In this document: positions 27,601-35,613 of the stretch, in pieces
Layout of the letters: each line of letters begins with the position of its first letter
How positions within the stretch are numbered: the first letter of the stretch is position 1
Assembly (NCBI GenBank): GCA_051002015.1
Contig: JBPCMS010000034.1
Span: forward strand, 1-62,013
Direction: 5' to 3'
Length of the DNA: 62,013 nt
From: Acidimicrobiia bacterium
GTDB lineage: Bacteria > Actinomycetota > Acidimicrobiia > Spongiisociales > UBA5794
Notes under the pieces: model-generated
The model's input: only the letters and a program-made list of their open reading frames with translations
Told to the model about the DNA's origin: nothing
Databases searched by the model: none
Position numbers and translations under genes: made by a program

Positions 27601-28603
27601 CGACCCGCTCGCCGACCCCATCGGGGTCACGCGCCATCAGGGTCACGGGGTCGGTCGGCCCGTACGGGTCGGTGATGGCGAATGCGGCCAGACAGGCATG
27701 CCATAGCGAGGCGACGGCGTAGCCTTCGAGGTCGCGGGCACAATTGGCCTCGAGCGCATCGAGCGTGCCCCGGGTTCCGAAGTGGCGCCGTGCCAGGCCC
27801 CGCACGACACGGGCTTCGGCCTCGAGCCACAGCAGCCGCGTGTGCTCCTGGCCACGGCCGGTATCCCGCAGGCCATGGCAGTGCGCGTCCACCGCGGCGA
27901 GATACCCCTCCTGCCGATTGGCGGGAACGCCCAGCACGCGCAGCAGTCGCCCGACGGGCGCGCCGGTCGATGTGGCATCGGCCGCCAGGTGTGTCTCGGC
28001 GTCGCCGAGCACGGCGGCGGGCGCATCCAGGTCGAGCAACGCGCCGAGCCAGTCCACCAGCGTCCAGCCGGCCCCGATGCGTTCGAGGCTGGCGGCGAGC
28101 TCCTGTTGCGAGCGGCTGAGCAGCCGCGCCCGGGCGGCCACCGAGACGTCGGCGGCTATGCGGCGGCCGGCGTCGCCCGATGTCATGGCGTCGCGCAGCA
28201 CGGCGGGAGGGACGGCAGTCGCCCCATACAGGAGGTGCAGCTTGCGAATCTCGCCGTCGGAGATGGTGCGACCGCCAACCGTGCCGAGCACCTCGGCGGG
28301 GTCGAGCTCTGGGCGCATGGCGAACACGGCGTCCAGGTCGGCGTCGGCGATGCGGCCGGCGCGGTACCGGGCGCGTCCCAGGTCGACTGGCTCGTAGGCA
28401 CGGCCGCCGAGCAGCTGCTCGGCCTCGGCGACGGCGTGCTCGAACGGCTTGTGCTGCAGCCCGTGCAGGGTGTTGTGGTGGACGAACGTCGTCATCGGGC
28501 CTTGGCTGGGAAGCAGGTGGCCCCAGTGCTCGAGCTCGTGGGCGAGGTGTGCCCGGTGGTCCGCGAGCACCGCCGTCGACGTTCCGGGCGTGGGTGTGGT
28601 CAT
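24692..28603 (-). CDS. dabA: DUF2309 / UPF0753 protein, DabA-type (beta-carbonic-anhydrase-like subunit of DAB inorganic-carbon pumps), oversized at 1303 aa
   Basis: Family hallmarks are [19 protein letters not shown] near the N-terminus, [11 protein letters not shown] (Cys780-x-Asp782) and [26 protein letters not shown] (His961 and Cys976, 15 residues apart). Confidence 0.9.
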   Translation of the reverse strand: MTTPTPGTSTAVLADHRAHLAHELEHWGHLLPSQGPMTTFVHHNTLHGLQHKPFEHAVAEAEQLLGGRAYEPVDLGRARYRAGRIADADLDAVFAMRPELDPAEVLGTVGGRTISDGEIRKLHLLYGATAVPPAVLRDAMTSGDAGRRIAADVSVAARARLLSRSQQELAASLERIGAGWTLVDWLGALLDLDAPAAVLGDAETHLAADATSTGAPVGRLLRVLGVPANRQEGYLAAVDAHCHGLRDTGRGQEHTRLLWLEAEARVVRGLARRHFGTRGTLDALEANCARDLEGYAVASLWHACLAAFAITDPYGPTDPVTLMARDPDGVGERVAEGLADIERWGGPAVPLPGDLRSSVRVAAGETLDRLRRRAADEPGAADEPPLREAACAAWFVMADTDAGGLSRQGADALYDLARQPDGATSSALQSLADEVRTHDSRRRLAAHLETVARAQLDRVGRDRTHADLVHALVGEDIVERVNRYLIRRCAAFLDLGQAAWRMPDRTLGFYEGWRRAAPHDHALDLEGLPGWREEAAALPEPPEDAVIALLMRLGVGEEHWGSYVGRVLTGLPGWAGMMNWRGTNPQFPRQQAQPTSLVQYLAVRLFVEVQLVTNVTRRTWNLEPADLVAHLRARPHEVWLRAEAVAGTLPSFLARSVHELPVGGEIDASWILLADKAWAYHEQLDGARPLFRAHDHAWRLFRLAQLQGWSAADVRVLPATVRDRLLAVLDGFPESAHRPVWLAAFERHYREQILGALAANRGRGRWRDRPDRPKAQVVFCIDEREESIHRAFDELDPGYETFGAGGFFGVAMDYRGLDDHTVTPLCPANVTPANRVQEVPRPEAVPVAERRSALRAWEEVFHNTYWESKRNAVSAFFLTQLTGLVQAVPLAGRVLAPRRWTELAEMARRRLVPRPPTLLTLDHDDLGRGFETVQQVDRVEAQLRNIGMTHHFARLVVFCGHGSVSVNNPHESAHDCGACGGKHGGPNGRAFAGLANRTVVRALLRERGIDIPDDTHFVGAIHNTASDQMVFFDTTDIPASHAAEWEALRADLEEARANSARERCRRFGSAPKDPTPAVGLRHVESRSRDLSQVRPEWGHCTNAFAVVGRRCLTQGVFFDRRGFVISYDPTQDPTGAIVERILLAMGPVGAGINLEYYFSSVDNRVYGCDTKVPHNVSGLLGVMEGAASDLRTGLPRQMIEIHEPMRLLLIVEATLDVLGDIYTRQPAIAELLDNEWVHLVAMDPQAGTFTRFVAGEGFVPWDERVPDLPVVGTSYEYYRGKEGFLPPVLIGTTGPRDGTVTRS

Positions 28604-28613
28604 CGATGCACGG

Positions 28614-30071
28614 TCAATCGCTCAGCGCGGTCATGGCGCGAACGGTGGCGTCGATCAGGCCGAGCGCCAGGCCCGGGAGTACCCCCAGCACCACGGTCAG
28701 AATCGCCAGCGGCACCGCCGCAGCCAACTCGCGGCCGCCCAGGTCGGCCATGCCCTTCCAGCGGGCGTCGAGTTCGCCGGTGAACATCGAGGAAATGACC
28801 CGCAACGTGAACGTGGCGGTCACGAGGATGCCGAGGAGGGCGAACAGCACGAACAGGCCCCAGCGCTCGAACGCGCCGATCAGTGTCTGGAACTCGCCCA
28901 CGAACTGGGCGAGACCCGGCAAGCCCATCGACGCCAGCAGGCCCAGCACGGTGAGGCTCGTGTACACCGGCACCTGTCCGCTGAGGCCCGACAGCTGCCC
29001 GAGGTCCATCGTGTGGGTGCGGTCATAGATGATGCCGACGAGGAGGAACAGCCCGCCGGTGATGATGCCGTGGGCAAGCATCATGAACACCGCCCCGGAC
29101 ACGCCCGTCACGTTCAACGCCGCAATCCCCAGCAACACGAACCCCATGTGGCTGATCGAGGAGAAGGCGACAATCGCCTTGAGGTCGGTCTGGCGGAAGG
29201 CGAGGAAGGCACCGTAGAGGATGTTGACCAGCGCCAAGACGAACAACCAAGGCAGGAACGCCTCCAGGCCCAGCGGCAGCGTGTCGGCGACGCGCAGCAG
29301 GCCGTAGGCACCGAGCTTGAGCAGGACGCCGGACAGCATGATGCTCACCGGCGTCGGCGCCTGCACGTGGGCCAGCGGCAGCCAGCCGTGCAGGGGAAAC
29401 ACCGGGATCTTGACCGCGAAGCCGATGAAGAAGGCGAGGAACGGCGCGATCTGGAAACCGCGGGTCCACCCACCGCTGGCCGCCTCGAGCGCCGCCATGT
29501 CGAAGGTGTGCGGGTCGGCGGCGAGGTAGACCGCGAAGATGCCGAGCAGCATGAGGACCGAGCCGCCCAGGGTGTACATGAAGAACGTCAGCGTCGCCCG
29601 CGCCTTCTGCGGGCCGCCCCACATCCCGATGAGGAAGAACATGGGGACGAGGGCGATCTCCCAGAACACGTAGAACAGGAACCAGTCGCGCGCCACGAAC
29701 ACGCCGAGGATGGAGAACTCCAGCAGCATCATCCAGGCGAAGTACGCCCTGTGGTTGTGGTCCACCTTCAGCGACGCGATCAGGGCGACGACCGTGAGCA
29801 GGGTCGTGAGCAGCATCAGCGGAAAGCTCAGCCCGTCCACGCCGAGCGTGTAGGTCATGCCGAGCTCGGGGATCCAGGTCGCCTGCTCGGTGAACTGCGG
29901 ATTTGATGAGGAGCGGTCGAAGCTAGTGAGCAGGCCCCATGAGAGCACGAGGGTGCCGCCGGCGACAGCCAGGGCCACGCCCTTGGCGAGTGCAGCCTGA
30001 CCGCGGGGGAGCAGCAGGATCACGACCAGCCCGACGATGGGCAGCCAGGTGATGACGGTGAGGATTCCCAT
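28614..30071 (-). CDS. NuoM/NdhD-like antiporter-type subunit (paralogue 1)
   Basis: 485 aa. Has MTYTLGVDGLSFPLMLLT, FYVFWEIALVPMFFLIGMWGG, FPLHGWLPLAHV and SSISHMGFVLLG. The stop is 10 nt upstream of the dabA start. Confidence 0.9.
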   Translation of the reverse strand: MGILTVITWLPIVGLVVILLLPRGQAALAKGVALAVAGGTLVLSWGLLTSFDRSSSNPQFTEQATWIPELGMTYTLGVDGLSFPLMLLTTLLTVVALIASLKVDHNHRAYFAWMMLLEFSILGVFVARDWFLFYVFWEIALVPMFFLIGMWGGPQKARATLTFFMYTLGGSVLMLLGIFAVYLAADPHTFDMAALEAASGGWTRGFQIAPFLAFFIGFAVKIPVFPLHGWLPLAHVQAPTPVSIMLSGVLLKLGAYGLLRVADTLPLGLEAFLPWLFVLALVNILYGAFLAFRQTDLKAIVAFSSISHMGFVLLGIAALNVTGVSGAVFMMLAHGIITGGLFLLVGIIYDRTHTMDLGQLSGLSGQVPVYTSLTVLGLLASMGLPGLAQFVGEFQTLIGAFERWGLFVLFALLGILVTATFTLRVISSMFTGELDARWKGMADLGGRELAAAVPLAILTVVLGVLPGLALGLIDATVRAMTALSD

Positions 30072-30101
30072 GGCTGTCGCCTCGATTCCGGATCGTGGGG
30101 G

Positions 30102-31727
30102 CTAGGTCTGCGCCAGCGTCTTGGGCGCCGTCCTCGTCGCGAACTCGTGGTGGGAGTCGGCGGTCAGCCGCTCGTCGCCCACGCGCACGACCGTGCCGCC
30201 GTCGGCGGTGTAGTTGTCCTCGAAGTCATGAAGGCGCTCCATGACCGTGGGGTCGACGTAGTGGACGCCGGCGAAGTCGAGCGTGACCGTCTTGCCCGGC
30301 GGCAGGGCGTCGAGCTTGGAACGCAGCGGGATGAAGTTGTGAAACCCCAGGGCCTTGCGGAGTTGGATGGTGATCTGCTCGCCCTGCTCGGTGACGGCAA
30401 CCGCCGGCTTGAACAGGTTGCCCAACGACGTGCCTTTCACCAGTGCCCAGACCAGGCCCAGGACGATCCCGGCCGCCACCCCGATGAGCAGGTCGGTGAG
30501 CAACACGGTGAAGGCGGTGACGGTCATGAGCAGGAAGTCCACCTTGCCGACATGGAGCGCGTGGCGGAAGTCGTTGGGGTGAGCGAGCTTGAAGCCGACG
30601 ACGAGCAGGATGCCGGCCAGGGCGGCCAGGGGGATGAGCTCGAGCAGACCGGGTGCGGCGAGGACGAAAACCAACAGGAAGAGTCCGTGGAAGAAGTTCG
30701 ACCACCGCGTCCGGGCCCCGTTCAAGATGTTGGCCTTGCTCCGCACTACCTCGGCGATCATCGGGATGCCTCCCACGGCGCTGGACACCATGTTGCCGAC
30801 GCCCTTGCCGAGCAACTCGCGGTTCATGTCCGACCGGCGCTTCCAGGGATCAAGCTTGTCGACGGCCTCCGCGGTGAGCAGAGACTCGAGGCTGGCGACG
30901 AAGAGGTACAGGAAGATCCACTTGATGGCCGGGCCCGACAATACCTCCGAGAAGTTCGGCGAGATGAACCCGTCCAGAAGCCCGCCGCCCAGGTCGACGC
31001 GCGAGCTGCGCTGGTCAGCTCCCTCGCCGACCAAGATGTCGCCGGCCCCGTTGATGGCGGCGATGACAGTCCCGACGACGACCGCCACCAACGGGGCGGG
31101 CACGATCTTGCCCAGCGCTCCGGTCATGGGCCAGAGCACCATGACGAGCACGGCGGCCAGCCCGACGAGGGCGATCTCGGGAACCAGGTTCTGGAAGCTG
31201 GGTGGGATCTCGGTGAGGATGTGGAACCCGTGGGCACCAGGGTTCAGCCGGCCGAGGGCGACGTGGATCTGACCGGCCATGATGATGAGGCCGATACCGG
31301 CCAGCATCCCGTGTATAACCGACAGCGGGAAGAACCCGGTCATCTTGCCGGCCCTGGCGAAGTAGAGCAGGATCTGGAGCCCGCCCGTGACGACACCGAC
31401 GGCGAGCGCCGTCTCGTAGCCGAGCTCGGTGACGGCGCCGGCGACGATGACGATCATCCCGGCCGCGGGGCCGTTGATGGTCACATGAGAACCCGAGAGC
31501 AGGCAGGCGAGCGTCCCGGCGATGATGCCGGAGATCACGCCGGCGATCGCCGGGGCGCCGGAGGCCAGCGCGATGGCGAGGCACAGCGGCAGCGCGATCA
31601 GAAAGAGGATGAAGCCGGAGACGACATCGGTCTTGCCGTTCTCGACGAGCCCAGGCAGCCAGTCCTTCGGCGGGACAGGGCGCCCCTGCTCTGCCGGCGC
31701 GCTTGGGGTCTGTGGACCAGCGGTCAT
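30102..31727 (-). CDS. SulP-family inorganic anion transporter with C-terminal STAS domain (BicA-like candidate)
   Basis: ATG 31725-31727 (MTAGPQTP..) is preceded by AGGAGGAGG. It has a polytopic SulP core and a STAS-like tail (ITIQLRKALGFHNFIPLRSKLDALPPGKTVTLDFAGVHYVDPTVMERL). Confidence 0.9.
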   Translation of the reverse strand: MTAGPQTPSAPAEQGRPVPPKDWLPGLVENGKTDVVSGFILFLIALPLCLAIALASGAPAIAGVISGIIAGTLACLLSGSHVTINGPAAGMIVIVAGAVTELGYETALAVGVVTGGLQILLYFARAGKMTGFFPLSVIHGMLAGIGLIIMAGQIHVALGRLNPGAHGFHILTEIPPSFQNLVPEIALVGLAAVLVMVLWPMTGALGKIVPAPLVAVVVGTVIAAINGAGDILVGEGADQRSSRVDLGGGLLDGFISPNFSEVLSGPAIKWIFLYLFVASLESLLTAEAVDKLDPWKRRSDMNRELLGKGVGNMVSSAVGGIPMIAEVVRSKANILNGARTRWSNFFHGLFLLVFVLAAPGLLELIPLAALAGILLVVGFKLAHPNDFRHALHVGKVDFLLMTVTAFTVLLTDLLIGVAAGIVLGLVWALVKGTSLGNLFKPAVAVTEQGEQITIQLRKALGFHNFIPLRSKLDALPPGKTVTLDFAGVHYVDPTVMERLHDFEDNYTADGGTVVRVGDERLTADSHHEFATRTAPKTLAQT

Positions 31728-31828
31728 CGTGTTGCCTCCTCCTCGGGTGAGCGCCACGCCTCGGGGTGCGGCTGTGCTTCCTCCGCTCAGCGAAGGATGC
31801 ATGAATTCTTGATGAAAATCAAGCGGTT

Positions 31829-31846
31829 TTTCATGCTTGTTTCATG
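31829..31846. promoter_or_regulatory. Phased direct repeat TTTCATG-N4-TTTCATG in an AT-rich island of the divergent promoter region
   Basis: TTTCATG occurs at 31829-31835 and 31840-31846, an 11-bp period. The repeat lies within the only clearly AT-rich stretch near here (31795-31850, including the palindrome TTGATGAAAATCAA). It sits between SulP (minus) and the OmpR-type regulator (plus). Confidence 0.35.
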
Positions 31847-31919
31847 AGCGTCGTAGCGCCGCCGCACATGGCAGACTGTGCGTCCCAGCCTGAAGCCCCG
31901 GGACCGCAAGGAGGTGGGG

Positions 31920-32603
31920 ATGCGGGTGCTCGTCGTGGAGGACGAGGACAAGATGCGCGCCGCGCTGCAGCGCGGCTTGCGCGCAGCCGGCTACGCCGTC
32001 GACGGCGTCACCGACGGGGAAGCGGGCCTCGCCAGGGCGGTAGCGGGCGACTACGACGCCCTCGTGCTCGACATCGTGCTGCCCGGTATGGACGGCTTCG
32101 ACGTGTGCCGCGCGTTGCGTCGCGCCGAGGTCTGGACTCCGGTGCTGCTGTTGACCGCGCTCGGGGACGTCGAGGACCGCATCACCGGCCTGGACGCAGG
32201 GGCCGACGACTACCTCACCAAGCCGTTCGCCTTCGAGGAGCTGTTGTCGCGGCTGCGGGCGCTCATCCGCCGTGGCCGCCCGCCACGTCCAACCGCTCTG
32301 GCTTGCGGCCCGCTCACACTGGACCCCGCCACCCGCGTTGTGACCTGGGCGGGGGCGACCATCGACCTGTCCAGCCGTGAGTTCGCGCTGCTCGAGTACC
32401 TCATGCATCATGCCGGTGAGGTCGTCCAGCGCGCCACGATCCGCCGCCATGTCTGGGGCGCCCAGTCCGACGAGGAGTCGTCCAACATCATCGACGCCTA
32501 CGTGAAGAACCTGCGCGACAAGATCGACCGGCGCTTCGACGTCGACGTGATCGAGACGGTTAGGGGCGTCGGCTACCGGCTGCGCCACCAAACCGCCGAG
32601 TGA
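31920..32603 (+). CDS. OmpR/PhoB-family response regulator
   Basis: ATG 31920 after AAGGAGG. The receiver domain is MRVLVVEDEDKM..DALVLDIVLPGMDG..TALG. The winged-helix output is LSSREFALLEYLMHHAGEVV..VRGVGYRL. Confidence 0.9.
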   Translation: MRVLVVEDEDKMRAALQRGLRAAGYAVDGVTDGEAGLARAVAGDYDALVLDIVLPGMDGFDVCRALRRAEVWTPVLLLTALGDVEDRITGLDAGADDYLTKPFAFEELLSRLRALIRRGRPPRPTALACGPLTLDPATRVVTWAGATIDLSSREFALLEYLMHHAGEVVQRATIRRHVWGAQSDEESSNIIDAYVKNLRDKIDRRFDVDVIETVRGVGYRLRHQTAE

Positions 32604-32610
32604 GCTCGTC

Positions 32611-34020
32611 ATGAGCGCATGGCTGCGCGCACTGCCAACCAGCGTGCGCCTCGCCGCCATGACCAGCTTGGCCTTCCTCCTGCTCATGGTGCTGGTGGGC
32701 GCGGTCGTCTACCGCGAGTTCCGCGCCAGTCTGCGCGACACCATCGATCAGGGGCTGGTCGATGTCGCCGTCGTCCAGGCCAGGGCGGTCGAGGGGGCCG
32801 CCAGCGGCACCGGACTCGACGGAGACCTGCTCTCCGACCTGGAACCCGACCCCGACAGTGGCCTGACGCCGAGCGACCTGGAGGCTCAGATCCTGGCGCG
32901 GGACGGCACGGTGCTCCACGCCACGCCGGGCCTGGAGGGGATGGAGGGGCTCGTCGCCGGCGGGCGCCTGGTGCGGGTGGCTGCAGGCGTGCCCGTGTTC
33001 GGCGATGCCGACGTCAATGGCGAGCCACTACGGTTCGTCGGCACCGCGGTGGCCGACGGGTCGGGCCGCATCGTCGCCGTCACCACGCCGATCACCGCCC
33101 TGGCCGACGCCGAGCGCCTACTCCTGGCCGTGTTCGGACCGGTCGCCCTGGCCGGCAGCGCCTTCGCCGGGGTCGCCGGTGCGTGGATCAGCCGCCGCGG
33201 ACTGGCGCCGCTCGTGCGCATGGCCGCGGAGGCGGATGGCATCGGCGCCTACGACCTGTCCCAACGCCTTCCGGTGCCCGCCCGCCGCGACGAGATCCGC
33301 CGGCTCGGATCCACACTCAACCGCATGCTCGAGCGGCTTGAAGCCGCGGTGCAGCGAGAGCGAGACTTTACCTCCGAGGCCAGCCACGAGCTACGCACTC
33401 CCCTGGGCATCCTGCGCGCCGAAGTCGAGTTGGTCCGTGCCGCGGCCGGGGAGCCGGTCGCCCGGGAGGGTCTGGACAGCGCGCTGGAGGAGATCGACCG
33501 CCTAACCGCCGTGGTCGACGACCTGCTGTTGTTGGCCCGCGCCGACGCGGCCGCGGTGCTCGACCGCCGCCAGGTGGTGGACCTCGGCGCGCTGGCATCG
33601 GCGGCGGTTCAGCGGTTCGGCACCGTCGCCACGGCACGCCGCGTGACGCTGACCGCCAGCGGTACGGCCACCATCAGCGGCGACGCCCCGGCCATCGAGC
33701 GAGCGCTGGCCAATCTGCTCGACAACGCGCTGCGGCACACGCCTGCCGGCGGCGCGGTGAGCATCCTCGCCGAGCCCGGCACGCGCGGCGCCATCCTCAT
33801 CGTGCGCGACACCGGGCCGGGTGCGGAGGCGCAGACGCTGGCTACCCTGTTCGATCGCTATACGCGCGCCGCGTCGCGTCCTGGCTCGGCCGGGCTCGGG
33901 CTATCGATCGTCGCTGCCGTAGCCGCTTCCCACGGTGGCGGGGTGCGCGCCCGCAACCTGCCCGAGGGCGGCCTCGAGATAACCGTCGAGCTGGGCGGCG
34001 GCGACAGTGCCTCGGGGTAG
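32611..34020 (+). CDS. Sensor histidine kinase (two TM, HAMP, HisKA, HATPase_c)
   Basis: The H-box is FTSEASHELRTPL, the N-box is NLLDNALRHTP and the G-boxes are RDTGPG .. GSAGLGLSIV. It starts 8 nt after the regulator gene. Confidence 0.9.
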   Translation: MSAWLRALPTSVRLAAMTSLAFLLLMVLVGAVVYREFRASLRDTIDQGLVDVAVVQARAVEGAASGTGLDGDLLSDLEPDPDSGLTPSDLEAQILARDGTVLHATPGLEGMEGLVAGGRLVRVAAGVPVFGDADVNGEPLRFVGTAVADGSGRIVAVTTPITALADAERLLLAVFGPVALAGSAFAGVAGAWISRRGLAPLVRMAAEADGIGAYDLSQRLPVPARRDEIRRLGSTLNRMLERLEAAVQRERDFTSEASHELRTPLGILRAEVELVRAAAGEPVAREGLDSALEEIDRLTAVVDDLLLLARADAAAVLDRRQVVDLGALASAAVQRFGTVATARRVTLTASGTATISGDAPAIERALANLLDNALRHTPAGGAVSILAEPGTRGAILIVRDTGPGAEAQTLATLFDRYTRAASRPGSAGLGLSIVAAVAASHGGGVRARNLPEGGLEITVELGGGDSASG

Positions 34021-34143
34021 CGCCGGTGACCTCGATGGAGGGCGTCGCCGGGTCAGACGCCGAGCTTGCCGCGGGAACGCCTTGTCCATGAAGTATCGCT
34101 GGACTTCCGGGTCGGACTGGTCGCGGCGGGCACCCGTCGAGGA

Positions 34144-35613
34144 TCAGCGCACTGGATGCCTGGCCACCATCTGGTTGAACCGGGCGATGAGCCGGTCGAT
34201 GGGCTCCACCTGCGCTTGGATCGACGTCCAGTAGTCGGGGTCGTGCCATTGGGCGTTTAGCTCGGCGGCGGTCTTGCCCTGCTGCTCCACCCAGGTGTAG
34301 TACTTCAGGTTGTGGATGCGCTTGCGGTCCCAGTAGCCCAGCTCGCGGACGTGGTCGGTGGCCACTCCCAGCAGGTGGCGGTGGAAGGCGGCGGCGGCTG
34401 CCACGGTGGTGAGGGCACCCCGCTGCTCGGTCAACTCGGCCAGCCGGCTGCGGTACATCTCCACCGAGTCGGTGGCCACGGTGACCAGCACGTCACGCCC
34501 GGTCATCTCGTGGTGCTTGGACACCTTGACGGCGGCCAGCAGGTTGCCCACCGCCGAGATGCCGAGCAGGGGGAGCTGCTCCACCAACTCGGGCTTCACT
34601 CCGTGGTCGACCAGGTAGGCCCTGCCGGCGGGCTCGTTGAACACCCGCAGCAGGGACACGGTGGCCTCGTCGTCGACCCCCACGGCGATGTCGGTGTTGG
34701 CCACGTCGTGCACCCAGGGGATGTGCTTGTCGCCGATCCCCTCGATACGGTGCTCACCGTATCCGTTGTAGAGCATGGTGGGGCACTGCACGGCCTCGGC
34801 GGCGGCGATCAGTGAGGTGGGATAGCGTTGCTTGAGGTAGTCGCCGGAGGCGATGGTCCCCGCCGACCCGGTGGTCAGCGCCACTCCCCGGTATCGCTCG
34901 CCGGGGCGGAGCGCCGCCTCGATGGCCTCCTCCATGGCGGGACCGGTGACGGCGTGGTGCCACAGATAGTTCCCGAACTCGTCGAACTGGTTGAAGATCA
35001 CCAGGTCCTCGCCGGAGCGGCGTAGTTCCCAGCACTTGTCGAAGATCTCCTTGACGTTCGACTCGGTGCCGGGGGTCCTGATGATCTCCCCGGCGACCGA
35101 CTCCAGCCATTCGAACCGCTCCCGGCTCATTCCCTCGGGGAGGATGGCGATCGACTCACAGCCGAGCAGGTGGGAGTCGTAGGCGCCGCCCCGGCAGTAG
35201 TTGCCGGTGGAGGGCCACACCGCCTTCTGGGTGGCCGGGTCGAACTGCCCGGTGACCAGCCGCGGCACCAGGCACCCGAAGGCGGCCCCCACCTTGTGGG
35301 CCCCGGTGGGGAACCACTCGCCGATCAGCATCAGGATGCGGGTGGGGACCCCGGTCAGCTCCGGGGGCAACTCGAGCACGTTGACCGGTCCGAAGCCGCC
35401 CCCGTGCTCGACCGGTTCGTTGTGCCAGGTGATGCGGAACAGGTTGCGGGGGTGGAGGTCCCACAGCCCGACGTCGCCCAGCCCTGCGGCGATGTGGTCC
35501 GGCATCAGGCTCGGATCACGCATCTGGGCGAAGGTGGGGATCACGATGGACCGCTCCCGCGCCCGCTCCACCGCAGACTCCAGCGCCGCCTCGTCGATGG
35601 TGAGATCGATCAT
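34144..35613 (-). CDS. Fold-type II (TrpB/cysteine-synthase-like) PLP-dependent enzyme, unknown specificity
   Basis: True start is ATG 35611-35613 (MIDLTIDEAAL), overlapping the upstream stop as ATGA. The candidate PLP-Lys is in WFPTGAHKVGAAFG. At 489 aa it is larger than CysK/CysM. The ORF-track extension to 36090 is read-through. Confidence 0.75.
   Translation of the reverse strand: MIDLTIDEAALESAVERARERSIVIPTFAQMRDPSLMPDHIAAGLGDVGLWDLHPRNLFRITWHNEPVEHGGGFGPVNVLELPPELTGVPTRILMLIGEWFPTGAHKVGAAFGCLVPRLVTGQFDPATQKAVWPSTGNYCRGGAYDSHLLGCESIAILPEGMSRERFEWLESVAGEIIRTPGTESNVKEIFDKCWELRRSGEDLVIFNQFDEFGNYLWHHAVTGPAMEEAIEAALRPGERYRGVALTTGSAGTIASGDYLKQRYPTSLIAAAEAVQCPTMLYNGYGEHRIEGIGDKHIPWVHDVANTDIAVGVDDEATVSLLRVFNEPAGRAYLVDHGVKPELVEQLPLLGISAVGNLLAAVKVSKHHEMTGRDVLVTVATDSVEMYRSRLAELTEQRGALTTVAAAAAFHRHLLGVATDHVRELGYWDRKRIHNLKYYTWVEQQGKTAAELNAQWHDPDYWTSIQAQVEPIDRLIARFNQMVARHPVR

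Noticed and set aside
25082-27706. Very long ORFs antisense or off-frame to clear genes. Examples: 25082-27706 (+), 28449-29906 (+), 30147-31847 (+), 19382-20902 (+), 2655-3947 (-), 4718-6169 (-), 5961-7091 (-), 57808-59391 (-).
   Set aside because: Their translations are Arg/Gly/Pro/Asp-rich low-complexity strings with no recognisable motifs. Each lies opposite or out of frame with a gene that has strong family motifs. Stop-poor shadow frames are expected in DNA this GC-rich.
17678-30071. Interpretation of the antiporter-like gene cluster as a canonical Mrp Na+/H+ antiporter or a complex I (nuo) operon.
   Set aside because: No MrpB/C/E/F/G-type small subunits are present. No NuoA-K or peripheral-arm genes are present either. 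Instead a DUF2309/DabA gene sits in the middle of the cluster.
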